Origin: Patescibacteria group bacterium
GTDB taxonomy: Bacteria; Patescibacteriota; Patescibacteriia; PEXW01
DNA length: 64,000 nucleotides
Assembly (NCBI GenBank): GCA_041665345.1
Contig: JBAYJA010000003.1
Span: 39,202-103,201, forward strand
Reading direction: 5' to 3'
Numbering within the stretch: position 1 is the first letter of the stretch; each line of letters starts with the position of its first letter. Of the stretch, positions 1-8,860 are shown piece by piece. The notes under the pieces were generated by a model, which made no database searches, had not been told where the DNA came from, and saw nothing but the letters and a program-made list of their open reading frames with translations. Made by a program: the position numbers and the translations under genes.

Positions 1-157
1 CGCGGAAAGGTACCTGCTTCTTGCCAGTCTGGATTTCCGGGAAATCCTTGATAGTCAAATCACCGACGTGGGCGTAGCGACTTTCATCAATCTCTTTCCA
101 TTGAGGTTCGTCGTAGTCAACTACCTCAATGGTGGGTGTGGTCATGGAATTTTCCAT
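1..157 (-). CDS. hypothetical protein, 5' part only (gene continues past the left window edge); paralog of the 11932..12375 product
   Basis: Reverse translation from ATG at 157 gives MENSMTTPTIEVVDYDEPQWKEIDESRYAHVGDLTIKDF..., closely matching MKNPVTTSTIEEVDYDDPQWKKINESRYAYVGDVTIKDY at 11932. A GGAGGA Shine-Dalgarno site lies 6 nt upstream at 163-168 on the minus strand. Confidence 0.5.
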   Translation of the reverse strand, partial: MENSMTTPTIEVVDYDEPQWKEIDESRYAHVGDLTIKDFPEIQTGKKQVPFR

Positions 158-560
158 GGCGTTTTCCTCCTAATATAAAGTATTGGTACACATCATCCAG
201 ACCAGTCGCTTGTAGACCAGGTGGAATATTTTGCCAGATTTTAAGAACAGTCTTCTCGCAACCTAACAACGTAGGTTTTTACAGAAGGCTGTTCTTAAAC
301 GGAGTGCCAGTTTCTTTACTTGATTTCTATACTTATTAAAGTGCAGACGTGACAAACAAACCTATCATTTATGGATGGGTTTGTCAAGCCCACGGGGGTG
401 GAGGCTGCACGATCCCCGTGAATGTCCTATCTACATGAGTTGCTAAAAAGTAAAAACTTTTTCCCTATTTTCTTACGCTGAAAGATTCGATCTTCGCCTA
501 AGGGTTCAAGAGGTTGTTCTTGGGAACATGTTTTCCAGGTGCCATCACCCCAGTGATATA

Positions 561-590
561 GAAAAACGACCACTTGCTGGTCGTTTTTTC
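561..590 (-). terminator. rho-independent terminator downstream of dnaN (bidirectional hairpin)
   Basis: Stem acgacca/tggtcgt (565-571/577-583) with loop cttgc, flanked by an A-run upstream and a T-run downstream. It lies 13 nt past the dnaN stop. Confidence 0.5.
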
Positions 591-602
591 TTTGTCTTGT
601 AC

Positions 603-1712
603 TTACTGCCGAATGGGCATGAGGAGGTATCGGTACGTTGCCTGACCCTTCCCTGTTTGCTTTGGCAAAATGAGACCAGGACCTTTTTCATCGTTCAATT
701 CCAGAAGGCACTCTTCGGTCTGCAAAGCATTCACTCCATCCAAAAGGTACCGCCAGTTAAAGACGATGCTCCCGCCTTTGCCTTGCACCTGTACATCAAG
801 ATCGGTTTCACTGGTACCCACCTGCGCATTGGCAGCATTCAGGTGTAGTTGCTTGCCGTCGGTATCGTACGTGAGCGTCACATCGTTAATCCCTGCTTTG
901 CAGAAGAGGCTCACTTGGCGTACCACTTTTGCAAAAGCGGAGGTTTCAACCGTGCAGCTGGTGGTGAAACTCTCAGGAATAATTTGGGTGTAGTCTGGGA
1001 ACTGTCCCTCAATGAGCCGCGACACCAGCTCCGTATCACCAACCACGAAACTCACCTGGCTTTCACTCAGACGAATCACCACATCATCAGTTTCCGGGAG
1101 GATGCGGTTTAGCTCTTGCATGGTGCGGCTGGGGAGAATCACACTCTGCTCTTCTTTGCTGGTGGGAAGCGGGATGGTGACCTCTGCCAGGCGGAAGCTA
1201 TCTGTTGCCGCCAGGGTGAGTACTTGGCCCTGCAAGCGCATGAATACCCCATTCAACTCTGGACGAGCATCATCTGCCGCGACCGCAAAAACGACTTGAT
1301 TTAAAGCGGTTTTACACACTTTTGCCGGAAGGACGATGGATACCCCACCCTGCACCTTTGGAATGACTGGAAAATCTTCGGCAGGTAATCCTTTGAGTAC
1401 AGTTTTGGAAGCGCTGCTGGAAATATGGAGATCGGCTTCTTGTAAGGCGCAGGTAACATTCCCTGACCCAAGGAGACTAAGGTACTCATGGAGTAAACGC
1501 GCTTGCACGGTAAAACTCCCTGGTACTTCCACTTTTCCACGGACGTGGGTGGTCATGCCAATTTCTAAATTTGTGGTACTGAGGGTAATACCATCCGCTT
1601 CAGCGGTGATGAGAAGATTTTTTAGGATTGGAAGAGTAGTTGTCTTCCCAGTAATGTGGCTCACTGCATTGAGGGCTGTGGTTAAGTTCTCCTGGGTGCA
1701 AGTAAATTTCAT
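603..1712 (-). CDS. dnaN: DNA polymerase III beta subunit (sliding clamp)
   Basis: 369 aa with three-domain beta-clamp architecture (MKFTCTQENLTTALNAVSHITGKTTTLPILKNLLITA...). It sits immediately downstream of dnaA in the canonical dnaA-dnaN order. Confidence 0.93.
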   Translation of the reverse strand: MKFTCTQENLTTALNAVSHITGKTTTLPILKNLLITAEADGITLSTTNLEIGMTTHVRGKVEVPGSFTVQARLLHEYLSLLGSGNVTCALQEADLHISSSASKTVLKGLPAEDFPVIPKVQGGVSIVLPAKVCKTALNQVVFAVAADDARPELNGVFMRLQGQVLTLAATDSFRLAEVTIPLPTSKEEQSVILPSRTMQELNRILPETDDVVIRLSESQVSFVVGDTELVSRLIEGQFPDYTQIIPESFTTSCTVETSAFAKVVRQVSLFCKAGINDVTLTYDTDGKQLHLNAANAQVGTSETDLDVQVQGKGGSIVFNWRYLLDGVNALQTEECLLELNDEKGPGLILPKQTGKGQATYRYLLMPIRQ

Positions 1713-1921
1713 ATATAGAGAGAAAGAGAAGAAGAGAGTAGAGGTTGGGGAAAAGTGGATAGCTTTTTGAAAGAGGAAAATGTGTTACCTGGGTTGTGTA
1801 TGTATCGCGAGAAAACTTTTAGGTTTGGTGTGTGACTTGTGGGTAGTGTGTGCGGACGAATTGGGGAAAGAATTTTCATCCACATTTTTCTTTTTTCATG
1901 CACACGTCATCCACAAGAACT
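1713..1921. promoter_or_regulatory. candidate oriC / DnaA-box cluster between dnaA and dnaN
   Basis: TCATCCACA at 1876-1884 and 1908-1916 (8/9 to TTATCCACA), AGTGGATAG at 1755-1763 and TGTGGGTAG at about 1838-1846. An AT-rich tract ttttcttttttc lies at 1885-1897. Confidence 0.45.
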
Positions 1922-3298
1922 TCACGTGTTATACAATCGCTGGCGAATGAGTTTTACATCCTGCTGCATTTTTTGGTCCTCCTTAATTTGCTTGGAGACT
2001 TTATCAACGGCGTGCATGGCAGTGGTATGGTCTCGGCCACCAAGTTCCTCACCAATCGTTGGGAAAGACGCGTGAATTTCTTCCCGCATGAGGAACATGA
2101 CGAGTTGGCGTGGCCGCACAAGCTCCTGGCGCCGGCTTTGGCTCAGCAAATCAGAGACTTTAATATCGTAGTACTGGCAAACCGCGCCAATGAGCTGCTT
2201 GGGTGTTACCGCGTGCTGGCGCTTCACCTCAGCCGCCTGTGCCACCGAGGACAGCACTTCTTTAATACTCGTGAGGGTTGGTGGGTCATTCCGCAAGCGC
2301 TGGATAGCAATAATGCGGTTCAACGCGCCTTCTAGTTCCCGAACATTGTTTTGTATTACAGTGCCAATGTAGTTGAGGATTTCATCACTCAGTGGGAATT
2401 TTCGGTCCGAACACTTTGACCGGAGAATGGCAATGCGGGTTTCAAGGTCGGGCTCTTGGACATCAGCGATCATTCCCCACTCAAATCTGGACAGCAGCCG
2501 AGACTCCAAAGCGGCGATGGCTTTGGGTGGCCGGTCAGAGGAGAGGATGATTTGCTTGTTCTGTTGGTGGAGTGCGTTGAAGGTGTGGAAGAATTCTTCC
2601 TGCGTTCCCTCTTTCGCGGTGAAGAATTGGACATCGTCAACCAGCAGGAGGTCAGCGGAGCGCCAGTGCTCGCGGAATTGCACCATGGTGCCTTTGAAGA
2701 TGGCTTGGATGAAGTCATTCGTGAATTGCTCACTGCTGACGTACAGCACTTTTGCTTTGGGGTTGCGCTTCAGGGCGTCGTTGCCAATGGCGTGCATGAG
2801 GTGGGTTTTCCCTAAACCTGCCCCGCCGTAGACGAAGAGGGGGTTGTACACTTCACCCGGTTTTTCTGCACAGGTCATGGCTGCTGCCTGGGCAAGTTCG
2901 TTTCCTTTTCCCACGATGAAGCTGGTGAAGGTGTATTTGGGGTTCAGGCCGGTTTTTTGGGAAACTTTTGCTGGCATGTCGCCTGCCGGTGGGGTTGCAC
3001 TGTCAATTGACGGGGAAAGCGCGTCGGCGGGCGCGGCTTTCATGCTTTCTACCCGGTAGGTCACTTCCGTGATAGCGTTTTGGGTCAAATGCTGGAGGGC
3101 CTGGAGGATATGCGTGTGGTACTTCTTCTCCAGCCACTCTTTGGCAAAGGCGGTGGGGACGGCAACCAGGACTTTACCTTGTTCGTACGCGCTAATGAAG
3201 GTATTGCGGAACCAGGTGGTGAAATTTGCCTTACTTAAATGCAGCTCTAGTTCGCCTAAAGTTGCTTGCCACAGTTGTTCATTAGATAGCTCAGCCAT
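1922..3298 (-). CDS. dnaA: chromosomal replication initiator protein DnaA
   Basis: 458 aa with the AAA+ Walker A motif GGAGLGKTHLMHAIGN, sensor motifs and a C-terminal DNA-binding domain (...TTAMHAVDKVSKQ...). Confidence 0.96.
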   Translation of the reverse strand: MAELSNEQLWQATLGELELHLSKANFTTWFRNTFISAYEQGKVLVAVPTAFAKEWLEKKYHTHILQALQHLTQNAITEVTYRVESMKAAPADALSPSIDSATPPAGDMPAKVSQKTGLNPKYTFTSFIVGKGNELAQAAAMTCAEKPGEVYNPLFVYGGAGLGKTHLMHAIGNDALKRNPKAKVLYVSSEQFTNDFIQAIFKGTMVQFREHWRSADLLLVDDVQFFTAKEGTQEEFFHTFNALHQQNKQIILSSDRPPKAIAALESRLLSRFEWGMIADVQEPDLETRIAILRSKCSDRKFPLSDEILNYIGTVIQNNVRELEGALNRIIAIQRLRNDPPTLTSIKEVLSSVAQAAEVKRQHAVTPKQLIGAVCQYYDIKVSDLLSQSRRQELVRPRQLVMFLMREEIHASFPTIGEELGGRDHTTAMHAVDKVSKQIKEDQKMQQDVKLIRQRLYNT

Positions 3299-3492
3299 TA
3301 ATTTTTTGGCTAATATTAGCGGTTTTTTGATAATACCATAAAACTGCCTGTGGAAAAACCCCCAGAAAGTGCATGCCTGGGGAATAACCTGTGGATTGCC
3401 TATGGATAACTTTTCCTCCCCTGTTTAGGCCTTTGACTGGGAACGAAAGGGTTGGTACACTGCTCGTACTCCTTACTTTTGATAGGTTTTGT
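3299..3492. promoter_or_regulatory. dnaA upstream region with DnaA-box-like sites (dnaA promoter / second oriC module)
   Basis: TGTGGAAAA at 3350-3358, TGTGGATTG at 3390-3398 and TATGGATAA at 3401-3409 (8/9 to TGTGGATAA). AT-rich at 3301-3345. Confidence 0.4.
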
Positions 3493-3630
3493 ATGCCCAA
3501 GCGAACGTACCAACCCAAGAAGCGCCGCCGCGCCCGCGTGCATGGCTTTCTTAAGCGTCAGCGCTCAGCAACCGGGAAAACCGTCCTCCGCCGCCGCCGC
3601 CGGAAGGGTCGGGCTCGGATTGCGGTGTAA
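3493..3630 (+). CDS. rpmH: 50S ribosomal protein L34
   Basis: [45 protein letters not shown] is a near-consensus L34 sequence. It is the first gene of an rpmH-rnpA-yidD-yidC cluster. Confidence 0.9.
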   Translation: MPKRTYQPKKRRRARVHGFLKRQRSATGKTVLRRRRRKGRARIAV

Positions 3631-3636
3631 ACGCTC

Positions 3637-4044
3637 ATGCTCCCCCGCCCGCGCCGTCTCCATCGTGAACGGGACATTCTGCGGGTTCTGCGCACCGGCC
3701 CACGGAAGCAAGGCCGGTTGGTGCAGCTAGTGGTTACCCCAAGCGCGCACGTCGTCAGTCGAGCAACTGTCGTGGTGGCAAAATCCGTCCATAAACGTGC
3801 GGTTGTCCGTAACCAAGTGCGCCGCCGCCTCCAAGCGCTGCTCCCAACGTTCCTCCCCCGCACACCAGAGGCAATTGATGTGCTGGTTCGTGCACTCCCC
3901 GCGTCCGCGACTGCCACCTCCGCCACTTTTCGCACCGAACTCACCGCCCTTTGGCCAACCCATGCTCCACGTCTCTCACCTCGTGCGTCGCAGCCTCATC
4001 GGCGCCATCCGCGTGTACCAGCGCGTCCTCTCGCCCGACCATAG
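3637..4044 (+). CDS. rnpA: ribonuclease P protein component
   Basis: Basic protein directly after rpmH with the RnpA-like motif ...[18 protein letters not shown].... The 3' end is uncertain because no stop codon occurs before 4044, and it overlaps the yidD start. Confidence 0.75.
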   Translation: MLPRPRRLHRERDILRVLRTGPRKQGRLVQLVVTPSAHVVSRATVVVAKSVHKRAVVRNQVRRRLQALLPTFLPRTPEAIDVLVRALPASATATSATFRTELTALWPTHAPRLSPRASQPHRRHPRVPARPLARP

Positions 4045-4255
4045 CTGGTTGCGCTACCGGCGCCTGACCCGCGCCTGCCGGTACGAGCCAACCTGCTCCA
4101 TGTACGCCATCACCGCAATTGAACGATTTGGCGTTTTCCATGGGAGCTGGCTAACCTTGAAGCGACTGAGCCGGTGCACGCCCTTCCATACCGGCGGCTA
4201 CGATCCTTGCCCTGACGCAACTCCCACGCCTCACCATCACCCCCTTCACTCGTAA
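3962..4255 (+). CDS. yidD: membrane protein insertion efficiency factor YidD
   Basis: [57 protein letters not shown] carries the conserved YQ..SP...CR(F/Y)xPTCS.YA YidD signature. Confidence 0.8.
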   Translation: MLHVSHLVRRSLIGAIRVYQRVLSPDHSWLRYRRLTRACRYEPTCSMYAITAIERFGVFHGSWLTLKRLSRCTPFHTGGYDPCPDATPTPHHHPLHS

Positions 4256-4264
4256 TTTGCTCCT

Positions 4265-5044
4265 ATGGAAATCTTCGTCCACATTCTGTACAACCCACTC
4301 TTCAATGGTTTGATGTTCCTCTACCGTTACGTGGGCGACTTAGGTGTGGCGATTATTCTCCTGACCATTCTCATTAAACTCATCCTTTTCATCCCCTCGC
4401 TGTCCGCCATTCGAAGCCAGCAGAAAATGCAGGAAATTCAGCCGAAGATGAAGGAGCTGCAAGCAAAGTATAAGGACAACAAAGAGGAGCTTTCACGGCA
4501 GCTCATGGGTTTCTACAAGCAGCACAAGGTGAATCCTTTTTCCTCGTGCTTGCCACTTCTCATCCAACTCCCCATCCTCATTGCGCTCTACCGGGTGTTC
4601 TTCTCTGGGATCATGGTGGATCCTGCCACCGGCATTTTTTCAGCGGATCAGCTAAGCCACCTCTACCCCGCGCTCCGTGGTTTTTTTGAGGGGTTACACA
4701 TTGATATCATGTTCCTGAATTTTGTGAACCTGACTGCCAAGCACAACATTATTCTAGCTGCGCTCGCCGCAGGCGCGCAGTTCTGGCAGAGCTGGATGAT
4801 GCAAGCCAAGCGTCCACCCAAGGTGCCAGGCGCGAAGGATGAGGACACGGCTGCGCTGGTCAACCGGAACATGATGTACCTCCTGCCGGTCATGACCTTT
4901 ATCTTTGGCTACCAATTCCCAGCCGGGCTGGCACTGTACTGGTTAGCCTCAACTTTCTTCCAAGTTGCCCAGCAGTACTACTACTTCAAGTGGAAGCACA
5001 CCCCGCTCTCCCCTGCCCAGCCTGAGGTGCTGCCAAAGCAGTAA
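4265..5044 (+). CDS. yidC: membrane protein insertase YidC/Oxa1 (short form)
   Basis: 259 aa with multiple TM segments and the conserved YidC core (...MQEIQPKMKELQAKYKDNKEELSRQLMGFYKQHKVNPFSSCLPLLIQLPILIALYRVF...). Confidence 0.9.
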   Translation: MEIFVHILYNPLFNGLMFLYRYVGDLGVAIILLTILIKLILFIPSLSAIRSQQKMQEIQPKMKELQAKYKDNKEELSRQLMGFYKQHKVNPFSSCLPLLIQLPILIALYRVFFSGIMVDPATGIFSADQLSHLYPALRGFFEGLHIDIMFLNFVNLTAKHNIILAALAAGAQFWQSWMMQAKRPPKVPGAKDEDTAALVNRNMMYLLPVMTFIFGYQFPAGLALYWLASTFFQVAQQYYYFKWKHTPLSPAQPEVLPKQ

Positions 5045-5054
5045 GCGAAAACCT

Positions 5055-5351
5055 ATGCGCATGGCCTGGGATCAACTGAAGCACCTACCCGTGGTCACCA
5101 AGAGTGGCCAGCACTTGGGGAAAGTGTCTGGTTTCATTTTTGATCCCGAAGGGCACAGCATTCTGCAGTACGAAGTGAAAGCCAGCATGCCTTTTGGCCG
5201 AACCTTGCTGGTTGCCGTAACTCAAGTGCTGAGCGTTACCAGTCAGCAGATGACAGTAGATGACCTCACTGGTAGCCAACCCGCGGTTGCAGAAAATGCC
5301 ACGTCCGTTCCAGACGCGGCAGGGACACTGGCAGCACTGCGGGATAGTTAG
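5055..5351 (+). CDS. PRC-barrel-like domain protein
   Basis: MRMAWDQLKHLPVVTKSGQHLGKVSGFIFDPEGHSILQYEV has the G.hlG.V.dh.fD...g.I..h.V pattern of PRC-barrel proteins. The start was chosen at the in-frame ATG at 5055. Confidence 0.4.
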   Translation: MRMAWDQLKHLPVVTKSGQHLGKVSGFIFDPEGHSILQYEVKASMPFGRTLLVAVTQVLSVTSQQMTVDDLTGSQPAVAENATSVPDAAGTLAALRDS

Positions 5352-5767
5352 CGGATTGTTGCACGGCGTTGGTCGCCGTGGAGGGATAGTTCTACCCACA
5401 CTGGAACGTATGGGCCCAGGTCAGTTTTCAGTTTCTCTGCCCACTCCACAATCACCAAGGTCTTGGGTCGGCTGCACCAGTGCGCAAGGTCTAACGCCGG
5501 TAGTTCGTGTGGCCCGGCAATCCTGTACGCATCAATATGCACCACCGTGTCGTAGTCCGGGTGCTGGCAGGGGTGGATGTGCTGCAGGGTGTACGTGGGT
5601 GACGTCATGGCGCCAGCCACCTTCAAGCGTTTCCCCATTGCCTGGGTTAGGGTGGTTTTACCAGCACCTAATGGTCCAGTGAGCGCGATGACCCGTGGTT
5701 TTTTTGCCAGCACCTGAGCAGCGAGTGTTCGGAGGTCGGCAAGATTGTGGATGACGTGGGTAGACAT
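5348..5767 (-). CDS. tsaE: tRNA threonylcarbamoyladenosine biosynthesis ATPase TsaE
   Basis: P-loop ALTGPLGAGKTTLTQAMGKRL, TSPTYTL and HIDAYRI motifs typical of YjeE/TsaE. The start was taken at MSTHVIHNL (ATG at 5767). Confidence 0.85.
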   Translation of the reverse strand: MSTHVIHNLADLRTLAAQVLAKKPRVIALTGPLGAGKTTLTQAMGKRLKVAGAMTSPTYTLQHIHPCQHPDYDTVVHIDAYRIAGPHELPALDLAHWCSRPKTLVIVEWAEKLKTDLGPYVPVWVELSLHGDQRRATIR

Positions 5768-5839
5768 AGTGGCACGTCGATTGTAGCACCCCGGTGGGTA
5801 AAAAAAGAGCCCCATCCAGATCTGGATGGGGCATGAGCA

Positions 5840-6517
5840 TTAGAATCGTCGTTGCTTTTCAAACGCAACTTGGATATGTGAGTACTTCACCGCAGTATCA
5901 TCTGTATTCCAAGACGTATTCACGAAAGCGCACTGTACGCACTCGCGTGCCGTTGAATCACTTGCGCTGGTTTTCGCTAGCCGAAGTCGTCGAGAGAATT
6001 CATTTCGGCAAGCTGCGTAGTAGTTTTCTGGAGTCCCGTACAGTTCGTGCACAAGCAGCAACATTTCCGGTTCCGGGGTAAAGGTTGCGAAGATCTGCAC
6101 CTCCTCGGCTGCGGCGGTTTTTGCCGTGTAGTGCGTACCTTCAGTGCTGGGTGTCCATAGAAATTCAACATCGTGGACCACATGCGCCGTACCGTTTTGC
6201 AGAAGCAGTAGGTTGTCTTTGTGCAGTGGGAGCACCATGAAAAGCGGAAGTATGAGCACGCAAACCGTCAACGGTATATTCACAAAGCATGCGATGCTGA
6301 AGATTTTTCTCGTTTTCCCCATGCCGCTTCGAAGCGGGAGAAGTGTGAACATGGCGAAAATGATAGAAGGCAAGACCGCTAGAGTGCTGAACACTTGCGC
6401 TCGCCAATTCCACTCTGGGTACCAGCTCCCCATCACACCACAGAATGCCATTAGCCACAGCACCAAGGTAATCACCGAGGCAATTCTGGCAGAACGTGCA
6501 AGATGCGTTCCTTCCAT
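5840..6517 (-). CDS. 4-TM membrane protein with Cys-containing extracytoplasmic C-terminal domain; paralog of 6645..7319
   Basis: Start chosen at MEGTHL (ATG 6517, AGGAGT SD 6 nt upstream). WYPEWNW, 4 TM segments and a CxxCAFxNxSWNT C-terminal motif are shared with the neighbouring gene. Confidence 0.6.
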   Translation of the reverse strand: MEGTHLARSARIASVITLVLWLMAFCGVMGSWYPEWNWRAQVFSTLAVLPSIIFAMFTLLPLRSGMGKTRKIFSIACFVNIPLTVCVLILPLFMVLPLHKDNLLLLQNGTAHVVHDVEFLWTPSTEGTHYTAKTAAAEEVQIFATFTPEPEMLLLVHELYGTPENYYAACRNEFSRRLRLAKTSASDSTARECVQCAFVNTSWNTDDTAVKYSHIQVAFEKQRRF

Positions 6518-6611
6518 ATAGACTCCTATTTTTTGGTTGTTAGATGGCGATTTCTTTTCAGGCAACCTTATCGCAGTAATGAGGGGTTGTCAATGTGATG
6601 ATTGGTATATA

Positions 6612-6639
6612 GAAAACCCCGCCTGGTGAAGGGCGGGGT
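6612..6639 (-). terminator. rho-independent terminator (minus strand) for 6645..7319
   Basis: ccccgcc/ggcgggg stem (6617-6623/6632-6638) with loop tggtgaa. A-run on plus equals a T-run on the minus strand. Confidence 0.65.
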
Positions 6640-6644
6640 AGTAC

Positions 6645-7319
6645 TTATTTGAGCGTTGTTTTGAAAGTGACTACAATATCTGAGTTTCGGACAAGCTCTT
6701 CGTTCGTGTTCCAAGACAGATTTGCAAAGGCGCAGAAAACACAGGCCGCACTTGAGCTATCCGTCGTCAGCAGCCTTGCATCGCGCAGGCGTTTTAATGT
6801 TGAAAGCTCGCATGCGGTATAGTATTCTTCTGAGGAACGGTACGTTTCGCGCAGGCGTAGAGCGGCACCTGGCTTTGGCGAGAACGTTACGGTAATATCA
6901 CCATCTTCTACCCTGGTGATATGCGGTTCGTAATATATTCCTGTGTAACTTGGCACCCAAAGGATAGAGGTGCTCTTCACAATCGTCGTTTTCCCGTCTT
7001 TCTCAATAAGTAGTTCGCCAGTTTCTGCCGGGATGACGACTAGTAGAGGGAGAAGTGTAAAAAGTACCAAGAACGCCGCATTCACGTAGCAGGTAATCTC
7101 CACCACTCTTTTCAATCGAGAGCACGTTTCAAAGTACACAGTGAATGCGGTTCCGGCAATCAGTATCAGGAATAGGCCGTACATGAGAAAGGTAAAATTC
7201 GTATTGAAATTCCAAGCAGGGTACCACCTAAGAAATGTCGCTCCACCAAGGAGCACCCATGAAGTGATTCCGAGCACGCAAGCTAGCCTTGCTCTCGTAG
7301 AAATTTTTATGTTTTCCAC
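6645..7319 (-). CDS. 4-TM membrane protein, paralog of 5840..6517
   Basis: MENIKIST...WYPAWNFN...CVFCAFANLSWNTNE is conserved with the neighbour. GGAGGA SD upstream of ATG at 7319. A TTGACA-N17-TAACGT promoter lies on the minus strand at about 7345-7373. Confidence 0.65.
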   Translation of the reverse strand: MENIKISTRARLACVLGITSWVLLGGATFLRWYPAWNFNTNFTFLMYGLFLILIAGTAFTVYFETCSRLKRVVEITCYVNAAFLVLFTLLPLLVVIPAETGELLIEKDGKTTIVKSTSILWVPSYTGIYYEPHITRVEDGDITVTFSPKPGAALRLRETYRSSEEYYTACELSTLKRLRDARLLTTDSSSAACVFCAFANLSWNTNEELVRNSDIVVTFKTTLK

Positions 7320-7386
7320 GTCTCCTCCAAGTTTTTAAGGTTTTAATTTTCAGGTACGTTACCACCCAAGAAAGAGCATGTCAAAT

Positions 7387-7413
7387 TAAAACCCCGCCTG
7401 GTGAAGGACGGGG
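7387..7413 (-). terminator. rho-independent terminator for 7437..8153
   Basis: ccccgcc tggtgaa ggacgggg hairpin with an A-run upstream on plus. This is a near-duplicate of the 6612-6639 terminator. Confidence 0.65.
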
Positions 7414-7436
7414 TTGTTGAGAGAGTTGCACACGTG

Positions 7437-8153
7437 CTATTTGCACGGGTCGTCGGAGTATTCCTCATACTCAAGTGAGAAATCAACAATAGTCTTTTTT
7501 TGAGTTCGGACCCTTACATTCTTTACTGTAATCCACTGCGTTTCGTTTTCATACACGGTTAACGTGTAGATCCCAGCAGGGATATTGGCCAGAATATAAC
7601 CGCCAAGGGAATCAGATTCCGCGCGGAATTCTTGGTCGTTGATTTGGATCACGAGACCAATGAGTGGTTCTCGCCCAAATGCACCCTGGCAAAGACCCTC
7701 GATACTGCCAAAGCTTCCAGAATCTGAATCAGTACCTTCTAAAGGCCAAAACCCTACAATGTCTGCGGTTCGACGAAAACCGAAATGTATTTCACCATCG
7801 GTTGTTGCTTCATTCATCTGGATTTTGACATGCGTCGTGGAATCAGGCTTTACAATAACGTACGGAACTTTTTTCGTGCACCAACCGGCCAGTTGTGCGG
7901 TTAGTGAGTATCTCCCCGGCGGCACATTGAGCATTTCAAACGTACCATTGATATCTGCTTGGCAACCCAGTGTCGTTCTGTCAATCTGCACAATAGCGTA
8001 GGGTACACCACCTCCACCATGCTTGTTGTAGACTTTGCCGGTGATTGAGCCAAAGGCAGTAGCGGTAGCTGGTTGATAGCCAATTATCCAGGTTAGTACG
8101 AACGCAATAATTATTTCCGTTCCAAAGTTTGCAATTCGTTTTTGCATGAACAT
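7437..8153 (-). CDS. secreted protein with two carboxypeptidase-regulatory-like (CarboxypepD_reg) domains
   Basis: N-terminal signal MFMQKRIANFGTEIIIAFVLTWIIGYQPATATAFG. Two GKV...G.P.A.V...........G.F....V.PG.Y.L transthyretin-like repeats. AGGAGG SD before ATG 8153. Confidence 0.7.
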   Translation of the reverse strand: MFMQKRIANFGTEIIIAFVLTWIIGYQPATATAFGSITGKVYNKHGGGGVPYAIVQIDRTTLGCQADINGTFEMLNVPPGRYSLTAQLAGWCTKKVPYVIVKPDSTTHVKIQMNEATTDGEIHFGFRRTADIVGFWPLEGTDSDSGSFGSIEGLCQGAFGREPLIGLVIQINDQEFRAESDSLGGYILANIPAGIYTLTVYENETQWITVKNVRVRTQKKTIVDFSLEYEEYSDDPCK

Positions 8154-8196
8154 GTCTTCCTCCTGTTTTAACAGTTTTTAGACGAATAAATACTTC

Positions 8197-8727
8197 TTAA
8201 TCATGGATGAGGCGCACCGCTGCCTGGCCATGACCACTTTTGTATGCCCATTCATTAATCCCCTCGGTATCAAAAACATGTGCCCAGGCAAAGGTCGGGT
8301 CATTGTTGTCCTGTGTCGATGACCAGTACCGACCGGTGGGTTCATACTCTCCCGCATCACTAAAACCGCCAATAATGGCACGGTTTTCATACATCACTCT
8401 GAGTTCGGATCTTGTGGGAAGACGGAATTCTACAGTTACACTAGGCACTTCGTCTGGGATGCGGAAGGATCCATCAAGATGATCTAACCCGTTGAAGTGA
8501 GTAGCGTAGGACATTGCTGCTTCCCATTCCATGGTAGAAGGGAGATCAACTGGGAGTACGTAGAACAGCTTGCCAGTTTCCGGAGAAATGCCAGCGATGA
8601 TCGTCCCATCTGATACTTTACTGCCTATACTGCCGGCAGATACGAACTGGAAACTCGTCGCCCAGGTTAGCGTGAACGCAATGAAAACGATAGTCCGAAA
8701 GTCCGTTATTCGCTTTTTAATGTGCAT
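8197..8727 (-). CDS. DUF1566 (Lcl C-terminal domain-like) secreted protein
   Basis: FRLPTRSELRVMYEN...GRYWSSTQDNNDPTFAWAHVFDTEG... matches the DUF1566 signature (WRLPT..EL...YWSST...AW.V.F..G). Start taken at MHIKKRITDF (ATG 8727, GAGGAGG SD). The N-terminal leader resembles the neighbouring genes. Confidence 0.6.
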   Translation of the reverse strand: MHIKKRITDFRTIVFIAFTLTWATSFQFVSAGSIGSKVSDGTIIAGISPETGKLFYVLPVDLPSTMEWEAAMSYATHFNGLDHLDGSFRIPDEVPSVTVEFRLPTRSELRVMYENRAIIGGFSDAGEYEPTGRYWSSTQDNNDPTFAWAHVFDTEGINEWAYKSGHGQAAVRLIHD

Positions 8728-8774
8728 GTGTTCCTCCTCTTTGCACAGATTTTCTGCTTCTTTCAATGCAGACT

Positions 8775-8803
8775 AGCTTAAGCCCAAGACACAGATTCGT
8801 CAA
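8775..8803 (-). promoter_or_regulatory. sigma70-like promoter (TTGACG-N17-TAAGCT) for the DUF1566 gene
   Basis: On the minus strand ttgacg (8798-8803), a 17-nt spacer containing cttggg, then taagct (8775-8780). The same architecture is duplicated at 9623-9651 and 10430-10458. Confidence 0.45.
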
Positions 8804-8807
8804 ATAA

Positions 8808-8833
8808 GAAAACCCCGCTTGTGCTAGGCGGGG
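8808..8833 (-). terminator. rho-independent terminator for 8861..9577
   Basis: ccccgc ttgtgctag gcgggg hairpin with an A-run upstream on plus. Confidence 0.6.
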
Positions 8834-8860
8834 TTGGTAATAAAGTTACATTTTTTAGTA

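Noticed and set aside
136-339. 67-aa plus-strand ORF at the left edge
   Set aside because: It overlaps the SD and start of the better-supported minus-strand gene (1-157). No RBS or homology.
3637-4255. Possible frameshift between rnpA and yidD
   Set aside because: The 83-nt overlap is explained by rnpA lacking a stop codon before 4044. Both products have intact family signatures, so there is no need to invoke a sequencing error.
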